From Bugula neritina (taxonomy: Eukaryota; Animalia; Bryozoa): a DNA stretch of 64,000 bases. The stretch covers positions 806,001 through 870,000 of the forward strand of contig OZ037766.1 of the NCBI GenBank assembly GCA_964035545.1, read 5' to 3'. The notes beneath the pieces are model-generated. The model made no database searches and was not told the DNA's origin. It saw only the letters and a list, made by a program, of their open reading frames with translations. This document shows, piece after piece, positions 7,971 through 23,075 of this stretch (position 1 is the stretch's first letter; each line of letters begins with the position of its first letter). Both the position numbers and the translations under genes were made by a program.

Positions 7971-9678
7971 GTATTTTATTTGAGGACAAATTGACTCACT
8001 TTCTTTAGGAAAAGTAAATTGTTTTGACTTAAATTTTCCTTGGTTATTTTAAAGCTTATCAAAAGTGGCCTCCTAATCTAATTTTTAGCTGAAACTAACT
8101 CAGTGTTTAAAACTAAAATGGTTTACACTTGTTACTAGTTTCACTTATTCACAAACATTATTAAATGCTATTCTAGAAATAATATGGGTTTGAATTAGTT
8201 ATAGTATAATTATAAAATGAAGTAATAATTGTTTGTCCACAGTATTTGTTTAAACTCATAACTTCATTCAAAGCATGTATTCATACAACTAGCTTACCAT
8301 GTACTGTTACAGTATTATGTAACACATGTTGACACACATTACATTCTGTTTGGATGGTGATATATTCAGTCAAGCCTTCAGCTAGCAGTTCTTGAACTTC
8401 ATAGTTGTTGCAAAATATAACTGAAGCTACTTACCAGAGTGTAAAAACTGCTGAATGAATACAAACTAATCAAAAAATTTATTTAGCACATACAATATAA
8501 TTTGAATCATAATTTAATTTTCATTCGTTATTTTCTATATTTAGATTTATATGTCCGAAGATGAAAGTTTTTATTCTGCAAAAAAAGTTAACAAGACAAG
8601 ATGAACTTTTATTGGCTTTGATGAAGCTGCGTCAAGGTTTACAGTTTCAAATACTGGCTGGCCTTTTTTATATCTCTAGATTGCTAGCAAGCAAAACCTT
8701 CAAAAACACATTAGATATTTTAGCAAGAGAACTGAACAATCTAATAGTTTTTCCAACAAGAGAGAAGCTGAACATCTCTCTGAGCTTTCAAAGCCAATAT
8801 GCTACCATATATTTATAGTTTATTTGAAAGCTTACGTTGTGGATGTTGACTGCTATAGAAACTGACTACTATTTTCAAAATTTAAAAGGAAAACAAGTTC
8901 CTGGTGCAGAAGTGGCAGAATATGTAATACAATTTTTTTCAAGTTGAAAGTAAGAAATGGGGTCATTTCAGCATTCATAAGCTGCACATAATAGCTTATG
9001 TGTATATTTATACAGTGTGGACTTGCTATTACTGCGAGCAACAATATTACCAGCATGGGTGGTTGATTTAACCTCTTAGTAGTTCCCATGGCTTACATAC
9101 AATAAAATTCTAGTTGAATAGAATATTTACTATTGTAAAGTACAAAACAAATGACCAGAATATTTCATTTGTTAAACAGAAATTTTGTAATACTACTGTG
9201 GATTGGCTACTGTACATTAGCTAGATGTAGGCTGAGTCTACACTACCCAGCCATCCAGATGCATATACTAAAGGGCCATTCAAAAACCAGCCAATCAAAG
9301 TCATGTACCAAATTCACAGATGTTTACTGCAAGCTTCCAATGCTAAACAATAACCCATTCAAGCTGCAACAACAAATAACTACTAAGCTGGCAGTTATGT
9401 AATAATTGGCCTTAAGTTGCAAAAGTGTACCAGGTCATTTTTCTAGACATGCAATTTTTATTTGCGTTTTATAAACACTTAATTTAGACATTTTAAAAAA
9501 TCATTTCAAGAGTCATCAATTTAAGATATGAAATTAAATAATGCATGAAAAAAAAGTTGCACAACTAGCTTTTAGAAGCATGCATTTTGCAATTGAACTT
9601 GCAGAATTTTATATCAGTTACAATGGTAAGACATTGACCTGGTACACTTCGCTGATTGGCTGAGTTTTACATGGTCTA

Positions 9679-12660
9679 TTGCAAAATGCATGCTTCTAAA
9701 AGCTAGTTGTGCAACTTTTTTTTCATGCATTATTTAATTTCATATCTTAAATTGATGACTCTTGAAATGATTTTTTAAAATGTCTAAATTAAGTGTTTAT
9801 AAAATGCAATTAAAAATGTCATGTCTAGAAAAATGACCTGGTACACTTTTGCAACTTAAGGCCAATTATTACATAACTGCCAGCTTAGTAGTTATTTGTT
9901 GTTGCAGATTGAATGGGTTATTGTTTAGCATTGGAAGCTTGCAGTAAACATCTGTGAATCTGGTACATGACTTTGATTGGCTGGTTTTTGAATGGCCCTT
10001 TAGTATATGCATCTGGATGGCTAAGTAGTGTAGACTCCGCCTACATCTGTCTAATGTACAGTAGCCAATCCACAGTAGTATTACAAAATTTCTGTTTACC
10101 AAATGAAATATTCTGGTCATTTGTCTTGTACTTTACAATAGTAAATATTCTATTCAACTAGAATTTTATTGTATGTGAGCCATGGGAACTACTAAGAGGT
10201 TAAATCAACCACCCATGCTAGTAATATTGTAGCTCGCAGTAATAGCAAGTCCACACCATATATACACATAAGCTATTATGTGCAGCTTATGAATGCTGAA
10301 ATGACCCCATTTCTTACCTTCAATTTGAAAAAAATTGTATTACATATTCTGCCACTTCTGCACCAGGAACTTGTTTTCCTTTTAAATTTTGAAAATAGTG
10401 GTCAGTTTCTGCAGCAGTCAACATCCACAATAAACAACGTAAGCTTTCAAATAAACTATAAATATATGAAATATTAGTGTGGAAACAATGTAATTTATTC
10501 ATTGCTATAATGAAAAATTATAAGAATATTATATAAAAGCTAGATATAGATTTCTAGTAAAATGGCACAGGTAAAAATAACACATTTTTACTTCAAATTC
10601 TAAATTTCATCAGTCACCAATGGTGGCTGTAGATTACAGAAAGCACAGCAAACTATCATAATCTTGTCTAATAGAGGTGCCAACACCAACTTCACACCTC
10701 CAGGACCATTTAAAATATTGAACTCCTTTATTCTTTTGATTGCTCTTTTGACATGGATTCGAAGGTTAGCAATCAACTTTGTTTGCAGTAACTGCATTTT
10801 AGTCATTTGCAAATGGCCTCTTTTCCCAGGTGGTATGGCCAACTTGGCTCCAGCGCCTATAAGTTCTTTTTCAATAAGAAAGCCTCTATCTGCCATAACC
10901 ACATCACCTGGGTTTATGAAGTCTAAGAACCCAGAGTCATTCACTACACACTTGTCTTAGGCTCTACCTCCCATTCCATGCGAAATAAAGCAAATAGTGC
11001 CCTTGGGTGTAATTGCAACCAAATAATTGATGGTGTTGGTCTTTTTATACTCACTCCATGTTAAAGATTGAGCCAGCTTTGATTGAGGCTTACAAATGAA
11101 TATTTCTGTGCAGTCTATAATGCACCTAATGTTAGCATATTGGCTTTGAAAGCTCAGAGGAATGTTCAGCTTCTCTCTTGTTGGAAAAACTATTAGATTG
11201 TTTAGTTCTCTTGCTAAAATATCTAATGTGTCTTTGAAGGTTTTGCTTGCTAGCAATTTAGAGATATAAAAAAGGCCAGCAAGCATTTGAAACTGTAAAT
11301 CTTGACGCAGCTTCATCAAAGCCAATAAAAGTTTATCTTGTCCTGTTAACTTTTTTTCTGAAAGTGAGAACTTTCATCTTCGGACATATAAATCTAAATA
11401 TAGTAAACAAAGAATGAAAATTAAATTATGATTGATATTATAATGTATGTGCTAAATAAATTTTGTGCTTAGTTTGTATTCATTCAGCAGTTTTTACCCT
11501 CTGGTAAGTAGCTTCAGTTATATTTTGCAAGAACTATGAAGTTCAAGAACTGCTAGTTGAAGGCTTGACCCAATATATCACCATCCAAACAGAATGTAAT
11601 GTGTGTCAACATGTGTTACATAATACTGTAACAGTACATAATAAGCTAGTTGTATGAATACATCCTTTGAATGAAGTCATGAGTTTAAACAAATACTGTG
11701 GACAAACAATTATTACTTCATTTTATAATTATACTATAACTAATTCAAACCCATATTATTTCTAGAATAGCATTTAATAATGTTTGTGAATAAGTGAAAC
11801 TAGTAACAAGTGTAAACCATTTTAGTTTTAAACACTGAGTTAGTTTCAGCTAAAAATTAGATTAGGAGGCCACTTTTGATAAGCTTTAAAATAACCAAGG
11901 AAAATTTAAGTCAAAACAATTTACTTTTCCTGGAGAAAGTGAGTCAATTTGTCCACAAATAAAAGACTGCTGCTTGTTTAAATAAAACCCAAAACTAAAT
12001 AAATCAAAGCATGCAGATGACCACTGTGGTATTTATGAATATCTTACATAAAACAACATCTTTAATAAAAAATGTATGAATGATACACTCATACTGCAAC
12101 AAATTTAATTAAAATGACAATTTTACTACACATCAAATTTAATCAATGTACAAATTTTAGCATAGTGAGACTTGCATTGTTTATTTGTAATAAACCATAG
12201 TATATCTTTGCAATAAGAAAATCATAATTTTTACCTTGCTAAAAAATAGTATAGAGTATAGAGTATAGAATTTAGTTTGCTCATCTGTAGTGGTGAAAGT
12301 TTTAAAAACTTTTACTTTTTCAATAGTTGCTTTTTGTTTAAACGTGGAACTTTTTGAGCCTTTTCTTCCAACTTTTGATTTTCGTCTATCAATAGAATGT
12401 GCAGATCTTTTTTTCTGAGTAGTTGATGATTCTGGTAACTCAGTTACTTCTGATGAAGTCTGACTATGAGGATGGCTGTCAGATGAGTTCTGTTGCTCTA
12501 TATCAGCTGACTCTGTTGAAGACGTTTTCTGTTCGCTTCTTTCACATGTTTCATTAAAACCACTGTTTTTTGTGCGTCTTACATTATATGCTTTAGTGCA
12601 TTGGTAACCCAAATAAAGGGTTGGAGTTGGATTTTGCTCAGTGGGCTGACCATCCTTATG
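9679..12660 (-). mobile_element. PHIS (ISL2EU/Harbinger-like) transposon copy B, inverted and truncated at both ends
   Basis: Reverse complement of copies A and C; starts about 88 bp inside the shared terminus; carries the transposase remnant. Confidence 0.85.
10600..12657 (-). pseudogene. THAP-HTH-DDE_Tnp_4-type transposase, inactivated
   Basis: THAP-tail-like KDGQPTEQNPTPTLYLGY near 12657-12604; probable intron about 12235-11395; IIDCTEIF, MADRGF. Premature TAA in GGRA*D (10957-10959). RIHVKRAI has K where the family has catalytic E (RIHVER). Confidence 0.82.
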
Positions 12661-12674
12661 ATTATGATTATGAT

Positions 12675-13743
12675 AGTCTGCTGTGCTCTCTGTAATCTAC
12701 AGCCACCATTGGTGACTGATGAAATTTAAAATTTGAAATAAAAATGTGTTATTTTTACCTGTGCCATTTTACTAGAAATCTATATCTAGCTTTTATATAA
12801 TATTCTTGTAATTTTTTCATCATAGCAATGAATAAATTACATTGTTTCCACACTAATATTTCATATATTTATAGTTTATTTGAAAGCTTACGTTGTTTAT
12901 TGTGGATGTTAACTGCTGCAGAAACTGACCACTATTTTCAAAATTTAAAAGGAAAACAAGTTCCTGGTGCAGAAGTGGCAGAATATGTAATACAATTTTT
13001 TTCAAATTGAAGGTAAGAAATGGGGTCATTTCAGCATTCATAAGCTGCACATAATAGCTTATGTGTATATTCATATAGTGTGGACTTGATATTACTGCTA
13101 GCTACAATATTACTAGCATGGGTGGTTGATTTAACCTCTTAGTAGTTCCCATGGCTCACATACAATAAAATTCTAGTTGAATAGAATATTTACTATTGTA
13201 AAGTACAAAACAAATGACCAGAATATTTCATTTGTTAAACAGAAATTTTGTAATACTACTGTGGATTGGCTACTGTACATTAGCTAGATGTAGGCGGATT
13301 CTACACTACCCAGCCATCCAGATGCATATACTAAAGGGCAATTCAAAAACCAGCCAATCAAAGTCATGTACCAAATTCACAGATGTTTACTGCAAGCTTC
13401 CAATGCTAAACAATAACCCATTCAAGCTGCAACAACAAATAACTACTAAGCTGGCAGTTATGTAATAATTGGCCTTAAGTTGCAAAAGTGTACCAGCTCA
13501 TTTTTCTAGACATGAAATTTTTAATTGCATTTTATAAACACTTAATTTAGACATTTTAAAAATTCATTTCAAGAGTCATCAATTTAAGATATGAAATTAA
13601 ATAATGCATGAAAAAAAAGTTGCACAACTAGCTTTTAGAAGCATGCATTTTGCAATTGAACTTGCAGAATTTTATATCAGTTACAATGGTAAGACATTGA
13701 CCTGGTACACTTCGCTGATTGGCTGAGTTTTACATGGTCTATT
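12675..13743 (+). mobile_element. PHIS transposon copy C (3' fragment with terminus)
   Basis: Starts in the last transposase codons (CNLQPPLVTDEI*), is the inverted match of 9679-10650, and ends in GGTCTATT (13736-13743) like copy A. Confidence 0.82.
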
Positions 13744-14697
13744 AATGAAATTTCCATGTGAAACCAAATTTCTATGCAAGATTCATTCGAGTTATATAAC
13801 TGGGATATTGATTAAATTTCTTATCAAGACCAATTAAAGTTTTTAATACTTCTCTGTAGGTACACTGTGGTCCACATATATGGCAGAGCAGATATAACGA
13901 TTTATTAACCTGTCACTGAAGTCATCTCATCACAAGTTTCTAAGAAAGGGGAAATCTTCAACACCGAATGACTCATATTTCTTGAAGACATAGCTTGTAA
14001 AATATAGAAGTAAGAAAATAAACATAAACAGAACATTCCATTCCTGCAAACTTTGCAGAGAGCTTACTCTGATTGCAAAATTTAGCTGCACCACTTGCAA
14101 ATGGTCTTGGCAAGCTCTATAGAGGCTCCATTGTATTCTAGTCTTATTTGCATAATTAAAATGAGATATCTCAGATTTAATTTTGAAAACAATGGAATGG
14201 TTTTTTCCAAAGAACTGTCATATTTGATGTTAGTAAATGTGAGTGAGACTTTCAGCTGTCCCTGATCTAATTTGTATATAATGGGGTAATGCATTCCAAA
14301 AATTGTAAGGGCTGTCATGAAACTTGTACAAGCTGTCACAAGTCTTGTTTCACTTCTAATGCCAGTAAAATTTGGGCGAGGCATGCAGTTGTTCCAGTAA
14401 TTCTAATTAGCATACAATGGGGTTGTGCTATTTTTAAAATAACTGTCTGTAACAATGTAGGCTGTCCTCAATGTTAACTAATTCCGCTCTAGCTTTATAA
14501 ACTTTCCATTCTAGACATTACTATATTAGTACCAAAACAAATGCAGTATCTACTCTGCAAAGATGAAATGCATGGCGTTTTCTTGATCTGACACTGTATA
14601 AATGTGACTGTCAGGGATTCTATAAGCTCCACCCACCTGTGTTCCACTAGTGTGTCAGTAGATAATACTTGTGTGTTTATTTTAGATGGGATGTACC

Positions 14698-14742
14698 CAC
14701 TGAACTGAAACTATAACCCCTATAAGGGGTTATAGTTCAATG
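14698..14742. mobile_element. 45-bp palindromic insertion with 8-bp TSD (hAT-like mini-element or footprint)
   Basis: GATGTACC duplicated at 14690-14697 and 14743-14750; absent from the paralogous site near 23173-23180; CA...TG ends; internal palindrome AACTATAACCCCTATAAGGGGTTATAGTT. Confidence 0.7.
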
Positions 14743-15267
14743 GATGTACCTACTGAGAAAGAGTATGTTGGAGTTATCATCACTTGCTACAGTATCTCTG
14801 TACATCAACTAGATTATAGACAATACAGTAACAAGAATTTACTACTAAGAGGTCAATAGTTAAACACTATTAGTGGATACTGGCCAATTATTGGCTGGAT
14901 ATTTGTATAGTATTATTATTGTTATGATTGTCTAAGTGGAGATAACCACTAATAAGTTTTGTTGCACTGTATAATTTATTCTTTTTTCAATTTATTGTTA
15001 TTTAATTACTATATTAGTGACAGTTACTGTACCTGTCACACCAGTTGACATGTGTCACTTTGTTGACATGTATACAGCAGGTGCTTCTCATAGCTTGATA
15101 GTGACAGACAGTGTAAATATCCAACACTTGGTCTGCTAACTATTACCAACTATAATGTAGGATCTATTAACTGATGTAAAAGTTTTCCAATGTACATTAA
15201 AAGCTAGGAGTTGTCTCCTATATTCACTGTGTCTAAAGTGAGTGCAAGAAACTGCTACTCTGAGGAA

Positions 15268-15568
15268 TAATCATGTGACCACCCACTAAGTAATCATGTG
15301 ACCACCCACTAAGTAATCATGTGACCACCCACTAAGTAATCATGTGACCACCCACTAAGTAATCATGTGACCACCCACTAAGTAATCATGTGACCACCCA
15401 CTAAGTAATCATGTGACCACCCACTAAGTAATCATGTGACCACCCACTAAGTAATCATGTGACCACCCACTAAGTAATCATGTGACCACCCACTAAGTAA
15501 TCATGTGACCACCCACTAAGTAATCATGTGACTACCCACTAAGTAATCATGTGACCACCCACTAAGTA
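15268..15568. repeat. 23-bp minisatellite TAATCATGTGACCACCCACTAAG, about 13 copies (about 4 copies at 23695-23787)
   Basis: Directly visible tandem repeat without spacers. Confidence 0.95.
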
Positions 15569-17742
15569 AGTTTGTCTCCATGACAACTAATAACAGAGAC
15601 AGGAAATAACTAAACCTCACTCTGATACTAGTACCACGTTACTCCTTGTTATTGAGCAATGTCTAATAAGTAATATCAATATAATAAAGATAATACATAA
15701 TATATTCACCCTGGGGTAGCAGCTACTTAGCATATTTTAGTGTCAACCTTTTAATGGCTGCTAACACTTTAGAGAAAGAAACTTGTTTGTTTAGTGATAA
15801 AATATCCCAAACACTTGAGTGCAGATTAAATATTCCAAAAGATTTATTGGTATAATTATAAATATTATGAAGATAATGTTAATTACTTTAAAGTGACAAC
15901 TTAACATATTTTAGTGCCAACCTTTTCTGGTTGACAACATTTTAGAGAAAGAACTTGTTTTGTAGATAAAATATGTCATTACTTGCATGTAACTTAAATA
16001 TCCCAACACTTTCGTTAGCATAACTATAAATATAATACAGTTTGACATATTCCAGGGTAGTTTGGTCACTCAAGTATTACTCTATACTTAATGATGTCTC
16101 ACACAGTCCAACTCTTGTATATAATCATGTACCACTTTACTCTCCCTTCCAGACTAGAGGTTAAAGTCAGCTATCCTACCTGCTGCCTATTATTCTACTC
16201 AGCTGCTGGTAGGAAGTGGAATATTCTAACCAATAAGACTGCAGTAAAGTATTTTCTGCCTTGCTCTAAGCTCTAAGCTCATTTATGTAGTGTTTGTGTC
16301 AATCTGGTAAAGCAGTGTCCATATTACCCCATGACTCATTCATACTATCTCATAGTCTTATATTATGTAATGTAGCATATAAACATGAGTAGACTCAGAC
16401 TGTCAACAAACAGATATGAGTGAGAAGTTGTGAGAAGAGATGGGACAGAGGCTACAGGGTCTCAACATGCAGTGAGAATGCTGAAGGGGGAGACAACATC
16501 AACTGTTAGATAAAGTAACATTTGATAGAGTAGTGAGTTAGTTGACACTCTAAGATGTGTACATTAGCTACACCAACATTGATATAGTGGGGACTTGACT
16601 GTGAAATAGACTGAGTGAGTCAGTCATAGTGAATAGTCAGCAATAGTTACTGGGACTGTAAGTCAGCTCAAAGACATGGGCAGCGGGTGTGATGGAAAAT
16701 TTTTATCTGTAAAACAAAACTGATGGAAAATATTGTTATCTAAAGCTGCATTATGAAGTATTATACAAACACTATTTAGCTGATAAATGTATTAGATGAA
16801 GCTTAAAGTCCCAAGGTGAAGGGGTGTGTTTTATAAACTGTGTTACTAAGTTTTAGATTAAGTAAATAGAGGAGGAATATTTCTGAGCTGTTATCTTCAT
16901 ATTTGTCACTTGTTAAATATAAATATATAATAGTTGAGATAAACTTTCTCATGTGATATAATGTAGTCTAGAGTTATATTGACTATTTCTACAATACTCA
17001 GGTTGGGTCACCTGACAGCCCACATGTATCAACACTACAACACATGTAGGTACAGCTATATTAAATGTGTCTGAAATGAGTGCAAGAAGCTGTTGATCTG
17101 AGGAATAATCATATCAATACACACATGTCAAATATAATATATTGTGTTCTACTCACAGCTGTAATAATACTTTAGTATAATATTATATATTCCACAGGAC
17201 TAACACTGCTTATATGTAGTATTTTATGTTGATTAGTAAATATTATGTAACATATTCACTCTGCTATTCTGTCACTACTCTGTAGTCATATTCACTCAAT
17301 AAAGTTTGTTTGTTTCTGACTGGTTTATGACTCATCTACCTACTTAGTCATAATAATTTAAATATTTCTCTCTACAACAATAGCTCTTTTATTTGAGAGG
17401 TAAATAATGAGTGTGTTTCAGCTCAACATGAGTCTAGTTACTTCCTTATCAAGTAATAGCTGTATATAACTTGTGAGTTTAAATGGCTGGTACAGAGTAG
17501 ATCAAATATTCCTGCAGATATCATGTGTTTTATAAGTATTGTATATAAAAAGAGTTACTGCAATAAATTGTAGAGCTGCGGCTATTCTTAGCAAGTTTTT
17601 CCTTCAATAGTTTAATAATAGCCTCAGAAACTATATTATGTAGTTTGTGTGTGAATATGTCCCAGTATGTGGGAATTGCTGTTTGTTGGTAAAAGACAAC
17701 TCCAATCTCACCAATTATCCATGTTTAGGGAATACCACACTT

Positions 17743-17981
17743 TGCCATAACATAAAATGTCAGCCAGACTTTTACAAGTGTTCGAGTTTCTTGTACGGCG
17801 TTGTGGTACGTTAGGATCTAGCACTGTTTGTTTCAAAAAAGTTGTGGCTGGCTCCTATTGGACAGGCAGACGTTCCCCTCACTTCATTGGATATAAATGA
17901 AGTGTCATCGATCATACCTAGTAGGGCACTTTGAGAACTTCAGTCGGACATATTAAAAATGGCTGACATTTTACGTTACGG
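17743..17981. mobile_element. MITE-like element (paralogous copy about 38196-38435)
   Basis: Terminal inverted repeats GCC(A/G)TAACATAAAATGTCAGCCA ... TGGCTGACATTTTACGTTACGGC. Confidence 0.55.
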
Positions 17982-18992
17982 CCTACGATGTGGCAGAGTG
18001 TGTCTAGGGGGATAGTCTAACTGCCATACTGAAGTTGGTACCAGTGTAAGACAACTCCAGTAATTTAATTTAAATTTATCTTGTTTCAGTATTTATATCA
18101 TGTATAAGCAACCCGAGTGCAGTAGTTTGGGAGATTGAGTTCGAAGTTGGGGGTTTGGGGTTTCCAGTCTAAGTCCTTAACTCTACACTTGAGAACCACA
18201 AACTTGCTGCACTTGATCACCCCCAACTCGGAGCTGCTTATAGAAAGATTATTTTCTTGTATATGCACCATGCAGTGTGTGCTCTGCAATGCTTCACATC
18301 TAATATTATATTATTGTCCAAGCCTGTCACGTGACTTACATTATGGTTGTAGGATTGCATTGCATTCCTCTTTTCTGTATATAATTCACTAGCATTTATA
18401 TTTATATTTGAAAACTGAAGAACATGTCTAGCCATCACCAGCAATGTTTCTATATTTCATTCCCATTCAAAAGGTAGAACATTGTATCAAATACCAATAT
18501 TGTGAATAACTAAATTAGTGCATTTTTAATAAAATTAAAAAACATCAAATACAAATTATCAATTGAAGCATATTATTGCATAGAAATATGATCCCAAAAC
18601 TTGCATAAAATATTTTACATATAAAAACCTAAAACATTGTTCATAGCTCAACATGAAATAGAAATAATAAAAATATATAGTCTATAGCCAATATAAATGT
18701 TACCAGATATGCTAGTCACTAGATATGTACTATTAACTATATACAAACATGGATACTGTTTCAATATATTTACCTGCTAAAAGTACAGGTGAATAATATG
18801 ACATAAGAATATTATACATTTCAGATCTTGATACTCACTATGCTAATTGTAAATAGAGAGAATATTTAATGATTACTCCGCAATGTAAACATTCTAAGCT
18901 GAGAACTACATCCACATTGTCACATACTGATAATTTATTTCTCTAGCAATGTCAGTGTTTCCATAGCAACAACATTTCAAACAGAGTAGACT

Positions 18993-20915
<1,923 letters not shown>

Positions 20916-20997
20916 CTACAAATTCTTGTCTGATTATACCTCAACAATAACATTGAGTTAGTATAGAAAAAGACTAATGCTGTCTATATTGTGATGT

Positions 20998-21297
20998 CAT
21001 ACTAAGAGTATATATAATTCAGTAACTTACATTATCATACTAAGAGTACATATTATTCAGTAACTTACATTATCATACTGAGAGTACATATAATTCAGTA
21101 ACTTACATTATCATACTAAGAGTATATATAATTCAGTAACTTACATTATCATACTAAGAGTACATATAATTCAGTAACTTACATCATCATACTAAGAGTA
21201 TATATAATTCAGTAACTTACATCATCATACTAAGAGTATATATAATTCAGTAACTTACATTATCATACTAAGAGTACATATAATTCAGTAACTTACA
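20998..21297. repeat. About 38-bp minisatellite CATACTAAGAGTACATATAATTCAGTAACTTACATTAT, about 8 copies
   Basis: Tandem repeat at the end of the duplicated MK2 block; resembles single-copy sequence at about 42443-42482. Confidence 0.9.
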
Positions 21298-23075
21298 TTG
21301 TCAAGTTTGACAGGTGCATGCCAATGAGTCACAAGATGTCCTCTTCTTGTCTATGGTGACTAGAAAGTGCAGGTACTCTTGGTGTCTGTCTGCAGAATTT
21401 GACTTCACTGTTTTACTGCTATGACTCAACTCTCCTCTCCTCACCACTGTAGATATACACCCCTAGACAAGAAACAATAAGTTACGTCTCTAATCAGTTA
21501 CCATTGATTAAAAAGGGTGGGTTGCACCTCTGTGTATTTGTAGCTGTGCTTGCTAGTTTCTATTTTAAAGCTGAGAATTGCCTCAAAATATTCGCACTTA
21601 CTTTTAGGGCCTATGTAGTTATTGAAATGGTACGGAACTGGGGTGTTTAAAATTCGTGAAGATATTAAATGTAATCATTCGGTCTCACTCTCAAAGTCAA
21701 TGCATATAGACTGCTATGTTAATTTGAATATTCAATTTAGCTATTGGCAAAGATGATGGAGAACCTAAAAACAGTATAGAATGTTGACAATTTTTTTTTA
21801 TGCTAACTACTAGAGAAAGCCTCTTAGTTATAACATGATCCTATTAGTATTAATATTATGATATCATAAATATGATACCATGACACTGGCAGTACTGTAA
21901 CGTGAAACTGAGGTATCACTGTTACAACTGACTGTATAGTGTATAATAATATAGCTAAGCACTGAGTGGTTTACTATAACAGTATTATATGCATTTAACT
22001 TATGGTAATTACCTTGTAGATGACTGCTCTCGTTCTGATACGTCTACATGAAGCTGGGTCTTACAGAGAAATGACTTCGGATAGCTTTTAGATGCAGCAA
22101 GACTTCCTGCCGGTTAGGTCCACATCAGCTAGCCCAGGATAGTTTGCTGTATTTACAAGGATGGCTGCATCTCCATACAAGGATAAGGCCACGTAGCTGC
22201 AAGTCAGCTTTGAAGTTGATATTAATGGCAACTGTAACAGTGTCTGGTAGACGGAAGTCAAAATGTAATTAATATTATGGCAAACCTAGTAATTGCTACA
22301 GACAATGGAATTTAGCGTGTATGTCCCCATGATATTAATCATCTTTAGTCTGTATTTAAATACAATATTAATGAAATGGAAGTTGGGATCAAAGACTTTC
22401 AAAGAGATAAGATCAAGAATGTGAATTTGAATAGTTCCATCACAACAACAGTAACCATAAGCCATAAGGCATAAGCATAACGAATGGTAACTGATTTAGG
22501 TCTCTGGTCATGAATGCAGGATTGAAAAGTAACCCTTAATAGCAAAGTACCACTACTAACTCTAAGATTAAGAGTAAGTCTAAGTTAGTATAACTATAAG
22601 TCGGTAAGTATTAGTATAAGTATAAGTTATAAGTAATTAAGTTACAAGTATAAGTATAAGACTAAGACTAAGTTATTAGTTAGTGAAAGTATAACTATAA
22701 CTCTATAATTATAACATTGAAAAATCAGAAAGCGCTAGTTCCTAAAATACAAGTTAATCTTCAGTTTTATTATTCGACGACAAATAGTATAACTATAAAA
22801 AGTTAAAAAAAAGAATATTTCATACTCATGGTCATCTTTTAAAAAGTAATTCCAACTGATGATGCACGTGTAAACATTAAAGAGCGGAAACGGATATGGT
22901 AATGGGCGTGTACTTCTAGCCCTTATGAAGGCAAGGTTGCTGGTTGCTGGTTTTTATTGCTTGCTATTCTTTGCTGCTGCAGAATAATCACTAAGCTGAC
23001 TTAAATGTTTAGAACACAGGCTATGCATGCTGCTAAATGAGAAAACAAATGAAACTACCCGCTATAGATATTAAT

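Larger units (their letters stand above)
1..9680 (+). mobile_element. PHIS-superfamily (ISL2EU/Harbinger-like) DNA transposon copy A; runs in from upstream of the window, interrupted by Gypsy-1, DDE core deleted
   Basis: 1-184 and 7975-8805 are the reverse complement of copy B (about 12146 back to 11132). HTH-type segment LLLALMKLRQGLQF...LFYIS at 8561-8805, then a jump straight to 3' non-coding sequence at about 8806. Ends in ...ACATGGTCTATT (9680), the same end as copy C. Confidence 0.8.
14593..16266 (+). repeat. Segmental duplication block, copy 1 (copy 2 at 23076-24497)
   Basis: Near-identical direct repeat from TATAAATGTGACTGTCAGGG to TTCTGCCTTGCTC. Confidence 0.9.

Noticed and set aside
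9151-13465. 83-aa ORF MTRIFHLL... found three times (9151, 9869, 13214)
   Set aside because: Recurs only because the transposon 3' end is triplicated; no recognisable domain.
13744-14590. Possible decayed coding sequence on the minus strand (ORF 14082-14384)
   Set aside because: Some stretches look protein-like, but I could not assign a family; a BLASTX search is needed.
15268-15568. 23-bp repeats resembling a CRISPR array
   Set aside because: Units are contiguous with no unique spacers, there are no cas genes, and the context is eukaryotic.
21298-22250. Exon-like minus-strand segments with splice signals upstream of the MK2 pseudogene (possible chimeric 5' exons)
   Set aside because: The frames I translated contain stops and show no homology; unsupported without transcripts.
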